In this document: one piece after another, positions 47,901 through 60,401 of the stretch
How positions within the stretch are numbered: position 1 is the first letter of the stretch
How the letters are laid out: each line of letters begins with the position of its first letter
Assembly (NCBI RefSeq): GCF_025526975.1
Contig: NW_026515695.1
Span: 248,001 to 312,000 of the forward strand
Source of the DNA: Fimicolochytrium jonesii
Lineage: Eukaryota
DNA: 64,000 nucleotides
Direction: 5' to 3'
The notes under the pieces: model-generated
What the model saw: only the letters and a program-made list of their open reading frames with translations
The model's database searches: none
Told to the model about the DNA's origin: nothing
Program-made: the position numbers and the translations under genes

Positions 47901-50900
47901 TTCATGACTCCGCCGAACCCTCACTATCGATCACAGCCGACCTGATGTCCCTCCCTCCGTCCGGTACGTTCCGCGCCCGCCATTTTCAGGTCGCGTGCGC
48001 CTTTCTCGGCGTCGGTGAAATCGATGACGAGGGTACCGCCACTGCGACGGGAAAATCAGATGAGGTGTGGATGGCGAGGCTGTATCATGCGTGTCAGGCG
48101 GGGATGTTTGCGGGAGAGTACGGGGGCGGAAAATTGCGATATGGTGCGGTAATAGGGAACAGGAAGGAACCAAGATTGTCGACTTTGATGTTTTGGGTAT
48201 CGTGGGAGGCGGCGAGGTATTGCGTTTTGAGCCGGTTGCGGACGCCGTTTGGAGGGCCGTTGCAGACGTTCTCGACGATCGAAAACAGCTTGAAGCAGGA
48301 GATTAATAACGTCGTTGGAATCGAACGTTCCGATGACCGGGACAAGAGTGACAGCAAGAATCGCCTGGCAGAGAGCATCACCACCCTTCGCCACCACCTC
48401 CACCTAGTCGACCACCTCGAGATCCAGATCCGCAACGCCGCCGAAGGATCCCTCCAATGCGCGCCCACATCCAAAGCCTCCATCGCCTTCTTCCACGCCA
48501 ACAAACGCACATGTGAAGACTGGTTCGTGCGGATACGCAAACATATGGTTGTTGCTGCGAGGATCGTGGGCGAGAAGAATATGATTGTTAAACAAGCTTT
48601 GTTGTATGTTGCTGAGAGCACAGGTGCACGGGCGGGTGGTGGGAAGGATAACAACCCAACTCCGACTTTGATTCCGGATATCGAATCGGTGCTTTTCGGC
48701 TTGGAGGACAGCCTGATCGAGTTGGGCGAGGTGGATACGCTTACGGGACTTGGGACGTGGCTTGATAGGTCGGGGTTGGTGAAGCCGCCGGTGGGACGAG
48801 ATACGGTCGTTTTGCTCAAGCGGTCGGAGAGACCGAAACCACCGTCGAATGAGTATGTCACCTTTTCGTGGGCGCACGTCACGCCGTTGTTGGCAGAGGA
48901 GCGGTACGAGGCCGCGTTGCCGATCCTTGTCGCTGAACTCAACAAGCTGATCGACACTGAGCCGGTGCCCAGCGACGCCGCGATTGGGAACTTGCAGAAA
49001 CATGTTGCGAAGTGTTATGCCGAGTTGCAGGATTGGAAGGGGTTGGATGCGTATCGCGAGGCAGTGCAGTGGAAGATAGATGGCCAGGGACGTGGGTTGG
49101 ATGAGTGGGATGATGGCCTAAGGGCATTGAGTACCTGGACCACTAAGGTGGAAGGAGGTTGGTCTACTGAAACCAAGGCATACGCTGGGCCGGATGTGGG
49201 CAAGATCGTCGCGGAGGGCTTCCCTTCGGCAGTCCTTCAGGCCTGCCGTGTTGACCTTTGCGAGCGATTTCGTGCATGTGATTGGGGCGATCCGGAGAGA
49301 GCGACCGTGGGGAATACGGCTCTGAGGGATTGGGATACCGATTTGCGTCAAGCTATTGGGTTCCAGACCGGGGAGAGTTTGTCGATGCGATCTGAGTATA
49401 TTGCGCAGATGCAACTGCTCTGTTCGGCTATTCCCCTGCTTGACGTCAACAACGGATCTGGGCTTTATGCCACGTTTGCGGACCCGAATATCCTTGATCA
49501 GAAGATCTCGAGCGCGAATGTGCTCAAGGCGGTTCGAGTCCTCGTGAACGGGCTCGACAGCCGGCGACGTCTGACGCCGACCGAGCAAGTACGCCAACAA
49601 GCCCAGCAAAACGTGGACTTTCTGATCGCCAAACACGCTCGAAAGACAGGAAACTTCCACCTTGCATCGAGGCTGTTTGTGTTTGGACCGCATCTGACGC
49701 CGCAATCCGGCGCTGTTGATATCTCGCTGCTGAAGCGGACCCTGGAGTCTGCGAAGCTGCATCATGCGCGAGGGGACCGTGGCGCCGCTATTACACTTAT
49801 CTGCGACGGCCTGTCGAGTGCTGGCCCGAATATCGCAGACGTGGACGGCCGGTGCGAGACACTGTTGTGCAAGTACCTAACCTGCCTGTCAGACTGGATG
49901 CTGGACACCAGCGGTGACGACGGGAGACTGCACGACGTTCTCGACTCTGTCAGACCGTTCGAGCCGCCTGGGATCGAGTGGGGCATTCCTGCACGTAATA
50001 TTGCCATTTCGGAGAAATTGTTGCAAAAGGCGATTGGATTGGCGCCGGGGAATCGGAAGGCGTGGTTGAAGTATGCTGATCATTTGTATAAGTCTGGGAG
50101 CGCGGATGGGGAACTGGGGCAGGCGGCGTCGAGGGCTGCGAAGGCTCTGTTGAGTGAGGTGGAGGGGAAGGTGAAGGAGGATGGGAATCATTCAAGTCTT
50201 CGGATGAAAGAGTATATGAAGGTAGGTAACGTCCCTTTTCACATGTCCGCTAGAACTTTCCTCACATTACCCATCTGGGCATTTCAGAAACTAGTTCCCA
50301 TACTCACGAGCGAATTAGACGAAGCCCGAGGCACCTCTAAGCCATTGTCCGAGGAATCCTTGGAACATCGGATCCGGTCTGGCTGCCCGGCGCTTTCTGA
50401 TAGAGCAATTGTGGAAGTGCATAGCGCTTGCGTGGCTTACAAGGAAGCGCTGGTGCGGAAGTACACTTTGGCGGCGGTGTCGTATTTCAAAGTGCTTGAT
50501 CTTGGTTCCTCAGCACAAGAGCAGAAGGTAAGGAAATGCCCAGGACGAAAGTCAAAGCGATTCCTCGGGCTTACTCCTCCAATCACAGCAACGGGCAAGC
50601 GACACGATAACCATCACCCTCAGGATCCTGCGGCTGTTCCTCAAGTACGAGGATGGTCGAACCGAGCTGGTGCCTCACTTTCAGGCGTCACCCATCACGG
50701 CGTGGAGCCCCATCGTCCCGCAGCTCTACGCGCGTATCGGCCACCCGAGCTCGTTGGTACGGCAGACTATCGTGGATCTGCTTTGCCGGCTTGGGAAAAC
50801 GTCACCGCATCTGATTGTATACCAAGCGCTTTTGGGGAACGACGACGAGGAAGACCGGTCCAATAATGTTGTTGCTGCGCGTAATGAGGAGGAGAACTCT

Positions 50901-53900
50901 GCTCTGAGGATTCTGCATAAGCTCCAAGCCAGTGCGCCAGCATCCCTTGTCGGGCAGGTCAAGAAGATCATCCGTGAGCTCAAGCGCCTAGCAGTATTGT
51001 GGGAGGAAACGTGGCTACACAAGCTGTCCCATGTCCAAACCGATGCATTGCGAAGACTCGATCGTGTGCAAGAGGAAATCAAGCGCGTTCGTGGGAGCCT
51101 CAACCTGTCCGAGGCGGACAAGGACCGGCTCATTCGTGATTACCACAGGACCATCCTTTCGCCGCTGATTGGTGGACTGGAAACGCTGGTGGCGGCTACG
51201 ACGCCGAGTGGGGAGAGTACACCGCACGAGCTATGGTTTAGCAACACTTACGGACATCGCATTCGCGCCGCACTGGAATCGTTGAGCGATCCGCCGGATT
51301 TGACTGATATGAGGAAGGCTTGGATACCGTTTCAGCAGGTTGGTGTGGTTTCAACAGTGTGTTGATTTTTCTTTCGCTTCCTTTTAAACCCTTTGGTTCC
51401 GTTATAGATTTGCATTGATTTACATCGGGAACTCCATCGAACCAGACAACTGAAGCTAAAAAATGTGAGCCCCGCTCTCATGCGCTTCCGAAGGTCCAAC
51501 GTGGCCATGCCAGGGCATCAAGATGCGAATGTCGTCATCCACGCCTTTGACGGCGACATTCAAATCTACCCTACCAAGACGAAACCAAAGAAGATCACGC
51601 TGATTGGATCTGATGGTGTCCGCTATCCTTACCTCTTCAAGGGCCTTGAAGATTTGCATCTGGACGAGCGAGTGCAGCAGTTACTCGGTGTAGTCAACCA
51701 ACTGCTCGCCAGCGACAAACCTTCTCGAAAGCGTCAATTCCGGGCGCGAACTTACGCCGTCATACCTTGCGGCAAGCGATCGGGGATGATTCAATGGGTT
51801 GAAGGCGTTACCGCGCTCTTCACGCTTTATAAGAGATGGCAGCAACGCGATTACACGGCAAGATTACTGCAGGCCAAGGATCCAGAGAGCCGAGACGCCG
51901 TCGCCCCTCCTCTCCGTCCTCACGATCAGTTCTATGCAAAGATTGGCCCGGCTTTGCAGAGGCATGGCATCTCGCATAAGGCGCCTAGAAAAGAATGGCC
52001 CAACGCAGTACTTCACGAGGTGTTCCAGAAACTGCGACAGGAGACTCCCAATAATCTTCTGTCGAGAGAACTCTTCTGCTCGTCCCCGTCTCCCTTGGCA
52101 TGGTGGGAGAAGACAAAATCCTTCGGACGCTCGACGGCGGTCATGTCCATGGTCGGATACATTATCGGACTCGGCGATCGGCATCTGGACAATGTGCTCT
52201 TCGATCAGCTCACTGGAGAGATCATTCACATCGACTACAATGTGTGTTTCGAGAACGGTCGCAAGCTGCGTGTGCCAGAAACAGTCCCGTTTCGGTTGAC
52301 GCAGAACATGCATGCTGGGTTGGGACTGACTGGCACCGATGGGGTTTTTCGCGCTGCGTCAGAGCATACTTGTCGGGTCATGCGGAACAACCGCGAGACT
52401 TTGGTCACGCTGTTGGAGGCCTTTGTGTACGATCCGCTTGTCGACTGGACTGCGAGTGCTCTGCAGGATTTGGATCATCGTCAGACTGAGCTGAATGTCA
52501 ACTTGGGGATACTCTCGTCCAGAATAGAGGAGAAGAGAGATGCTATTGACAGTAGCCTGCGTACTCTTCTTGGGAAATGCCAGGAGCTTCAGAGCGAGAT
52601 CGCAGCACATCGTCCGACGGAGTCTGGGAATGAGGACGATCTCGTTTCGGCCAACATGACCATGACCGAGGAAGAACGCAATCTCGCATTGCATGGGCAG
52701 TTGGCTAGACGATATGACGACTGCGAGATTTGGAAAACGGAGCATTCGGCTGCTGTTCTTTCCCTGAAGGTGAGATCATGTGGCGTCCACAATATCAATG
52801 CATGTCATTTGCTAATCGATATCCTATCACCTGTCCACCGCTACGCAGACCTCGATGCTACAAGCATGGCGTACGGAACTCGCAAACCGCGATGTTGCTT
52901 CCATCTCTCCTCCAGTGGCGCCCGCTGCATTTTCGCTGGGAGCTGATGAGAATCACATGCTTCAGTGTGTCGAGTTCGATCAAGAGCTCTTCCGCATCGC
53001 TCAGGAAAGACTACCAGCTTACAGCACCAGTCTTGAGCATTTGCAGCTTTATCAAGCGCTGGTCGCGCCCGTGGCGGAGACGATGCTAGACCAAGATCAC
53101 TTTTCCATATGGAGCCGACTTCTACAACCATTACTTGATCCAACGTGCCCGCAGCACTACTTTGACTTGGCATTCTCGCATGATTGCGAACCGAAGCCCA
53201 TTGAACACACGAGGAAGACAGCTCTCGAAGCGATCATCAAAGCAACATGCACTGCCAAGAACGCCGAACTTCGTCATTCCATGGAGGCCTTACAGGCATT
53301 CCCTACCGCTTGGCAGCCTCTCATAATGATTGATAGTGTGGAAAGTCTGTCCACGTCGTTAGGAAACGATGCGCATGACGCAAAACAGCTCGTGGACTGC
53401 TTGATATTGACAGAGGTGGCCGCCCTTGGAAGACTTCTCTTCTCATGGATCAAACAGAGCGATGACGCCACCGCGGAAGAAGCCGTTCATGCGCGAATCA
53501 TCGCCCGCCTAGCAGAAACGATGAGGAACGTCTATGGCAGCTTCTCTTTCGAGCCGAATTATCTGCACGAAATGCATACGATGACGGGTTACTTGTCCGC
53601 CCTTGGGCTTAGGATTACTTTGGCACTCCAGGAAGAGAGCCTTCCTATCACGGGCGACTCTTTAGCTACGGAGTCGTTTCAGCATTACGCGGTCTTCTCC
53701 GACTCCATGCGAGCGATGAACTTGGACGTAACGGAAATGCTGGTGCCGGAGGTTATCATGGCGCTGACAAGAGAGAACAGGACCGTGATTGATGAGTTTG
53801 TGAACCGCCTTAGCGAACTGAGCCAAATGGTAGACGAGACGATGGATCAAGCTTCCTCTACCTTCCAGGCAGCGTCGAGTCACCTGGCACAAGGCTTTGA

Positions 53901-56025
53901 GGCCTTCCGCATCAAGTACGCATCCGATAAGTCGAGGGGTCCGTATGCCATACTCGCCGCTTTCGACAGACTCTTCAGGCCGGTGATGGACGCCATGAAA
54001 AATCTGGCGGCACAGAAAGAAATGTCAGGTTTCAACGTGGTCTTCAAGGTCTTGGCCGTCCAGCAGATTCTCTGCACTTTGGATCTCGTGCAAGGATGCA
54101 TTGCATATTATCGTGGGTCTGAAATGGACGTAGACGACCCTTCGCACGAATGGGTTGCCAGTTTCGATTTCCGAGACATATTGCGAGAGAGTGAATGCTT
54201 CAACAACGTCAATGCACGCTTGAAGAAATATCTTAACCTCTGCATGCGGGAAATGTGCATGAAGCCAATGGCCAAGCTTTTTGGGAAAACGATAAAGCGC
54301 ATCAGCCAAACCTCAGGGGTCAAGATTGGAGACTCGGCCAATTCAGCTGCGAGCGGGATCCCGTTCGTCGACACCGCTTTGAATTGTGTGGCCGCCATTC
54401 TTGACGCCGCCCCGGAGCATAAGGCTCGCTTGCCAAGTTTGTTGGACGCTTTCCATTATCACTGCTGGTTGTCTGCCCAAATTTCTTTGAGCACGGAGGT
54501 ATGTTGAGTAAGCTGGACGAAATTATGATGTCCGATCGGTTTGGCTGATCCGCTTTGTTAGGCATCCTTGTACCTCAACAAGGCAGGAGCGAGATTCGAG
54601 CAACGAGAGCTTGCATTGTTTCGTTATCAGCTTCTGCATGAGACTGGATTGACATACCCGATGCGATCGTCTACAAACTCATTGCACACTAGTCCGAGGC
54701 CTCAGGTAAGTTCTCCCTTGTACGTAGTAGTCAGCAGATCGTCCTCTCATAACGAACTCTCTGTCCACTCTCAGGTTATCGAACGGATTCTGGAGGATGT
54801 GCCGAACCTTATTCAATTGCATAATGACTTAATAGCTTTGGAAGCTCACCACCAAGCTGTGGAGTCTGAATTGCGACCGCTCTTGGCGTGGGCACAAACA
54901 GAGCCTAGTCGGCAACAAGCCGCAGAGGCATTCATCGATCTCAGTCAGACAAGACATGGGCAGATCGCACGGAAATGCCAACGAGTCAAGACCTTGATAG
55001 ACATGTGCAACACCATCGTTCATTTTGAAACCTTCCGAGTACCAAACCCAAGCACCCGAAGCATGGATGCGGAGATGCGGCGCTTCGTAAGAAGCTTGAA
55101 CCATGCAAGGATGGGACACTCTCCTACCGTCGAAGAGCCATTTGCCTCTGACTTTATTCACAACATCTTCCGGGCAGCGTCGGATCTCCGAGCTGACTAT
55201 GACCAAGCTGACGGCGAACTGCGAGATATCCATGGGCTGGTGGGAACCCTGATCAAGATGGCAAAGCATGTCACCACTGCTGGGGTTGCGCGAGAAGACT
55301 TTGAGGCGTATTTGGAGAAGTGGCGCGCAGTAGGTGCACACATCAACGAGATGGGCGCGGTCGCGAACAACGCGGACAAAAACCACGGTCGTTTGCCGTC
55401 GACAGCACCAGTTCTGGAATCGATCGTGAATGCGTTAGAGCAGTGTCACACGTCCGTCTTCGCCTTTGCTGCTCTGAAAGAGCTCGAGGAGGAAGATCAG
55501 CAGGATAACGGCGATCCCGATGCCCTCGAAGTAGGCGACATGAGCGCGATGCATGCCGTCGTTGATCCCCAGCACACCGAAGCGCAGGATATGGAAGCGA
55601 TGGAGCAAGCCATGGGCCAGTTGCACATGGACCCGAATGAGGACGTGATGACGCAAGAGAAGCTGGATGAGGTCGAGACTTCGGTCTCGCCTGGTGCTCG
55701 GGATGAAGACCGTCAACCTCCTATGCGTCTGATCAACGAACCGGGTACCGACAATAGACGTGAACGTGCAGAGCACGGACCTCAGGACTACGTTCCAGAC
55801 CCCGCGGACGAGCTTAGGGACGATGGGCCGCAGAAAGGAACGGGTGAAAAACGGAACGCGTATGCGATGAATGTCCTGCGTCGGATCAAAGCAAAACTTG
55901 CAGGCAGAGACAATCCTGGACAGACTACGATGTCTGTCCCTGATCAGGTCAAAATGGTGATCGAGGAAGCTGAGAGCGTCGACAACATCGCCCTTATGTA
56001 TGAAGGGTGGATGGGCTGGATTTGA
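44960..56025 (+). CDS. SMG1: SMG1 PIKK-family serine/threonine kinase (NMD), multi-exon
   Basis: WEAARYCVLSRLRTPFGGPLQTF, WSPIVPQLYARIGHP, ELKRLAVLWEETW, YLFKGLEDLHLDERVQQ, IGLGDRHLDN, IDYNVCFENGRKLRVPETVPFRLTQN, EAFVYDPLVDW, a long kinase-FATC insertion, RNAYAMNVLRRIKAKLAGRD, FATC LMYEGWMGWI*. Confidence 0.95.
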
Positions 56026-57043
56026 AGCAACGAGGAGGGCCGACCCTTCAAGTTAGCTCCATCATCGCTCAATTATCCCCATGTTGCCGTCGGACGAGAC
56101 GTCTCAGCCCGATCGTCACCAAATGTCGGGGTTCACTGCGATTCAACCTCCAAGCGACCGGAAAGACCTCGGTATCTTCTGGAAACCATAACGCATAGAT
56201 CCAGGACTTGGACGCGTCGTCCCGCACGGCAAGTGGCGCTGACCCACCGGAACGTTCGTCAAGCAACGTCCGGCCGCCCACACACGGACGCCAGCTTCTC
56301 TGAGCCTTCCCGCTCCGGCAGGCTCGGACGCAAATATCGCACATTGCTACTAAAACCGTCATCGCGATCTGCTCGCGACGTACATCCGATTTATGCCGAC
56401 GCAAAGCAACCCGCGTCGCCTTGATCAACGGTTCAGGCGATCAGCTTCAGTTCGTACCGACTTTTCCTGACGCGACAAGCCCCGCGCTTAATATTCCTTT
56501 GCGGCCAGGTGCTGGCTTCATGATCCCGTCGTTACTTTTGCGCCTTTGTGGCATCCCGGCGTGCTTACTAGCACCGTAGGAAGTAAGCACCGTAGGAGGA
56601 GAATATCTGATTGGCCGAACATCAGATCGGTCATAAAACCCCTTCCCCTCATCATCTCAGTTGTGGGCATGTTACCTTCAACCATCTTTTACTTTACAAA
56701 AACCCATATCGACCAAATATGAGTGGCCAATGATCATAAAGCGAGAAACATGTAACAAAAATCGTCCATTTTTCATTTGCAAAAATTATGAAAGAGAACT
56801 CACAAACAACAAGCGGGGCGGGTATGTGAAGGGGAATGTGGATTCCCACAGATCGGGTTTGGGAGTTCAGCAGCCATGGGGGAGGTTCTCTATAATGGAA
56901 AAAAAAGGTATCGGAAAATCCCCAAATCCCCGCTCCTCTTTTCAAAACATATAATATCTCCTTTCCGAGTATATAACGGCGTGTGTGTGTTTCTTTCCCC
57001 CTCCGAGAGACTCAGACCCGCCAGCGTCACTAGAATGATTTAT

Positions 57044-57624
57044 TTATAGGACGGTACAGCCTCCACCCTTGGGTTTGCGCGTGAAGGGGTTTTCTTCGGG
57101 TTTGAGGTTTGCGGTGAGGGGCTCCGGGGTTGCTGTGATGAATGACATCAGACTGGACGGAAGAGAGATAGGGGTGTATGAGTAGGTTGTGGGAATTGGT
57201 CATTGAGATGGATTGAGATGTGGGGACGTACGCTTTGGAGGCTTCCGAGACCTTGACGCGTGGCAACTCTTCGTCCAGCCGGAGGCGGTCGTTGAGCGCT
57301 GGCGTAAAATATGAGGGAGCATTTGATTAGGACAAGACATCAGGCAGGCGATGAAGTGGGATGTGAGAGCGTAGCTGGCGAATCCGTAGCTGCAGGCAGG
57401 CGGCCATGAAATCCCGGATGACCTTCCCCAGCGGCCCAGCGGCGAAACCGAGTCCCAACGCGGATCCCTCGCTGCTACGCCCCCTTCTCTTAAAGCATCG
57501 ACCGTCCTTCGCCCCTCGCTACAATCCCACGCGCAAGTGGCGGATAACGCACACACACCCCATACAAACAAGTAAAACATCAAACAAACTCACCTAACAG
57601 TTTCTGTAACTTCAATTCAGACAT
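57044..57624 (-). CDS. Heterotrimeric G-protein gamma subunit (Ste18/Gpg1-like), 3 exons, 68 aa
   Basis: Exons 57624-57594, 57298-57232 and 57152-57044: MSELKLQKLLALNDRLRLDEELPRVKVSEASKALMSFITATPEPLTANLKPEENPFTRKPKGGGCTVL*. GGL motifs RVKVSEAS and ENPF, plus a CAAX box. Confidence 0.93.
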
Positions 57625-58895
57625 GACTTCTCAAAACGTCTTTGCACGCTGTGGTTCGTTGATACTAGGCAAAAAAAAAAAATTCCCCGTTCCACTCTAG
57701 TGACTCTGTTCCCAAAAAAAGTTGTCGTACGCTTCCCGTTCCGGCGGTTGCGCTTAAGTGAGTGGTTCGAAGACGCGAGGGATTTCACGTGTGTAGATTG
57801 CCCGCGGGATGTGCTGTGATTGGCTACGGGCCGAGGCTTTACGGAAGGGGTATCGGGTGCGTGAGGCAGGCGTGATGCTGCGGGTGCAGTGGTAGTGGTG
57901 CTGTGTGTTTGCGCCGAGACTCCGCCCGAAAGACGAGAGGAATGTTTGCCGTGCTAAAGACAGTAACGCGTCAACGCGGAGACTCGCTGAGCGCAACAGA
58001 TGCCAGGATTTTAAATCCGCTGACGGAAGGCGGAGTGGGCGGGGGTGGCGGCTAGGCGGAGTAGGCCGGGGGGGTTGCAACAGAAGTCTTTACCGATAGT
58101 TGTTTAATTCTATGTGGGCAGACTCGGTCTTTGTCTAAACCGTTTGTGACCAGAAGATGGGTGGACGGGAACTCGGGCGGGCCTTTCGGTTATTTCTCCC
58201 ACGATATCTACTACGTATGCTATGCCAGCGAGCTGGTCTATGCTTCAGTGGCGATGGAGTGTGTGGGTTGTGGTGTAGGAGCGACGGTAAGACGACGACG
58301 ACGGGGCCCGGGCAGGTTCAGAAAGAGCAGCGAAACAAGCTTTTCTGAGAGTGGCGCCCTCGCTGGAATGATTAGCGCACGCCGCGTCGAAACACTCGCT
58401 TCACATTAGGCCGCCCTAAACAAACCAGCCGCAAAGGCGTCGAAAGGCAAACGGCGTGACGTAAGCAGCATTTCCACACTCCGGCGGACTGACTGTACGT
58501 AGGGAGGGATTTCAACCACGACCGATCTGACCTCTCGGTGAAGCGATTCAGTTGCGGTTTCTCATTGGGCAGTATCGGGAATGAGTTTCAACAGTGATGA
58601 AATATCTTCGTCGTGACATGAGTCCAGATTGATCCCAGCAGTCAACTCCGTCGACAGAGTGTAAATGGTCGGCTGCTGGAAACACAAGGACGCGTTTGGT
58701 ATGCCAGGATTTGATGCAGCTTTTGATGGACGGAGACGACTGCTGCTGAAAAACAACTGATTTCTCATATCCCAGCCAGTCTATATACATGCTGCACTTC
58801 CAAGTGATGGGCATGCCGTCCCTACTACATACACCCCCGTCGAAAGCAAACATTGAATGGAGAAACAAAAAGTGGGGGCCACAGTCGCGATAACA

Positions 58896-59970
58896 TCAAT
58901 ATCCCTACAGATCGATACAAGCGAGTCAGTTTGCAAAGCTCATGACCAAAGGCTCATGCATATCATAAAGAGAAACACTCACGCAGCAGGAATTAGTCTT
59001 TTTCGCCGTCTTGTAAAACTGTTTCGATGCCATGGATAGATCTTCGGATTTTTGTACCAGGTCGTCTAGCTTTTCTCCTCGTTGCAGTAATGATTCCATT
59101 GTTTTGTGCTGAAAGGATTCGAAGAGAGAGGAATAATCAGAAGTCCATCAACGACATGAAAGGTGCTCGGAATCGACAAGCGGGAGTTGCTCGTGCCATA
59201 GGCCTCGATGTCGCTTGCCATAAAAACACCCATCGCTCCCAATCGATCTCAGACCTTCCCTAGCAGCCACAGCATCTCCGCTCCATCCTCCCATACCTCC
59301 CTACGCCACCCTAGCTAACCCCCAACCCCCCATCCCCTCCTTCAAACTCACCAAAACAATCTTAGTCTCATCCAACTCCTTCTGCACCCTAATAAACGGA
59401 TCCGAGCTCTCCGGGTCCTTCGCCTTCACAAGATGATCCTTCAGCTCCAAATACCGCCCCGCCGTCGTCGTCGGGTTCATGCCCGCCCACGCGTTCTTAT
59501 CGGGAAACTTGGACGCAAACTCGTCCACGAGCCGGTTGAGAAGGGAGAACGCCGTGCGCGTCGGGTACGTGCTGTCGGTCACCATGATCCCGGAGAGCCC
59601 GTCGGAGCGGACGTAGACGTGGCCGAGAAAGTCTGTTGGGACAGAGACGTGGTGTGAGCATGTGCTTTTCCATTCTGCCTCAAGGGCGGTCACTGTTGCA
59701 CTTACTGTTCTCCTCCACCTTGGCCCTCTGACCCGGCGCGGTCCGTTCAACGACCGTCTTTGTGAAGAAGTTGACAAATTCCGCTATGCTGTGTTCACAA
59801 TGATAAGGAGGTTAGACGGTCTTCCCCTTCTCATATGGCAATAAAGGAATAGGTGGGACATACCTGCCCCGCTGAAAGAATGAGAAAGTCGAGAGGTCCT
59901 GTTCCATAGCGAGGATGCGGACATTGTTGCCGTCTTTGACGGCGACGGCCAGACAAAAGACTTGGACCAT
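58896..59970 (-). CDS. YKT6: Longin R-SNARE Ykt6, multi-exon
   Basis: MVQVFCLAV...[61 protein letters not shown]...[12 protein letters not shown]. Last micro-exon (58904-58896) is tentative. Confidence 0.93.
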
Positions 59971-60401
59971 TGTTGGGCTGCGAGGGTCGGAGTCAAATAG
60001 GGTGGTGGGGGTTGATGACGGTGCGGTTCTGAGGTCCTGGGTACTTTGTGACTGTGTGTGGTTGTGTGTATGCGGACGGAATGCGAGGGATGTTCCGGCT
60101 GGAGGTGGCCGCTGGGAGTCTGGGACAAGAAGCGGCAGCAAGTGATGACACGTTGCGGCTGCTGAACCCTCGCGTCACGTCGCCCCCCAGAGACAACCGA
60201 GAACAGAGAACCAGGACCCATCCCAAGAACAAGCTCCATGAAGCTAAGGCAAATGAAATGCAATTGTCCGCTATGGGCCCCTGAAGTCAATGTATATACA
60301 AAAGAAAAAAAAAGGAAGACGATCGTCTCATCCGCATCAAAGAATACGAAATCAATTCTCCGCTAGATTATGATGTTTGTAAGGATGCCAGAACAAACCG
60401 C

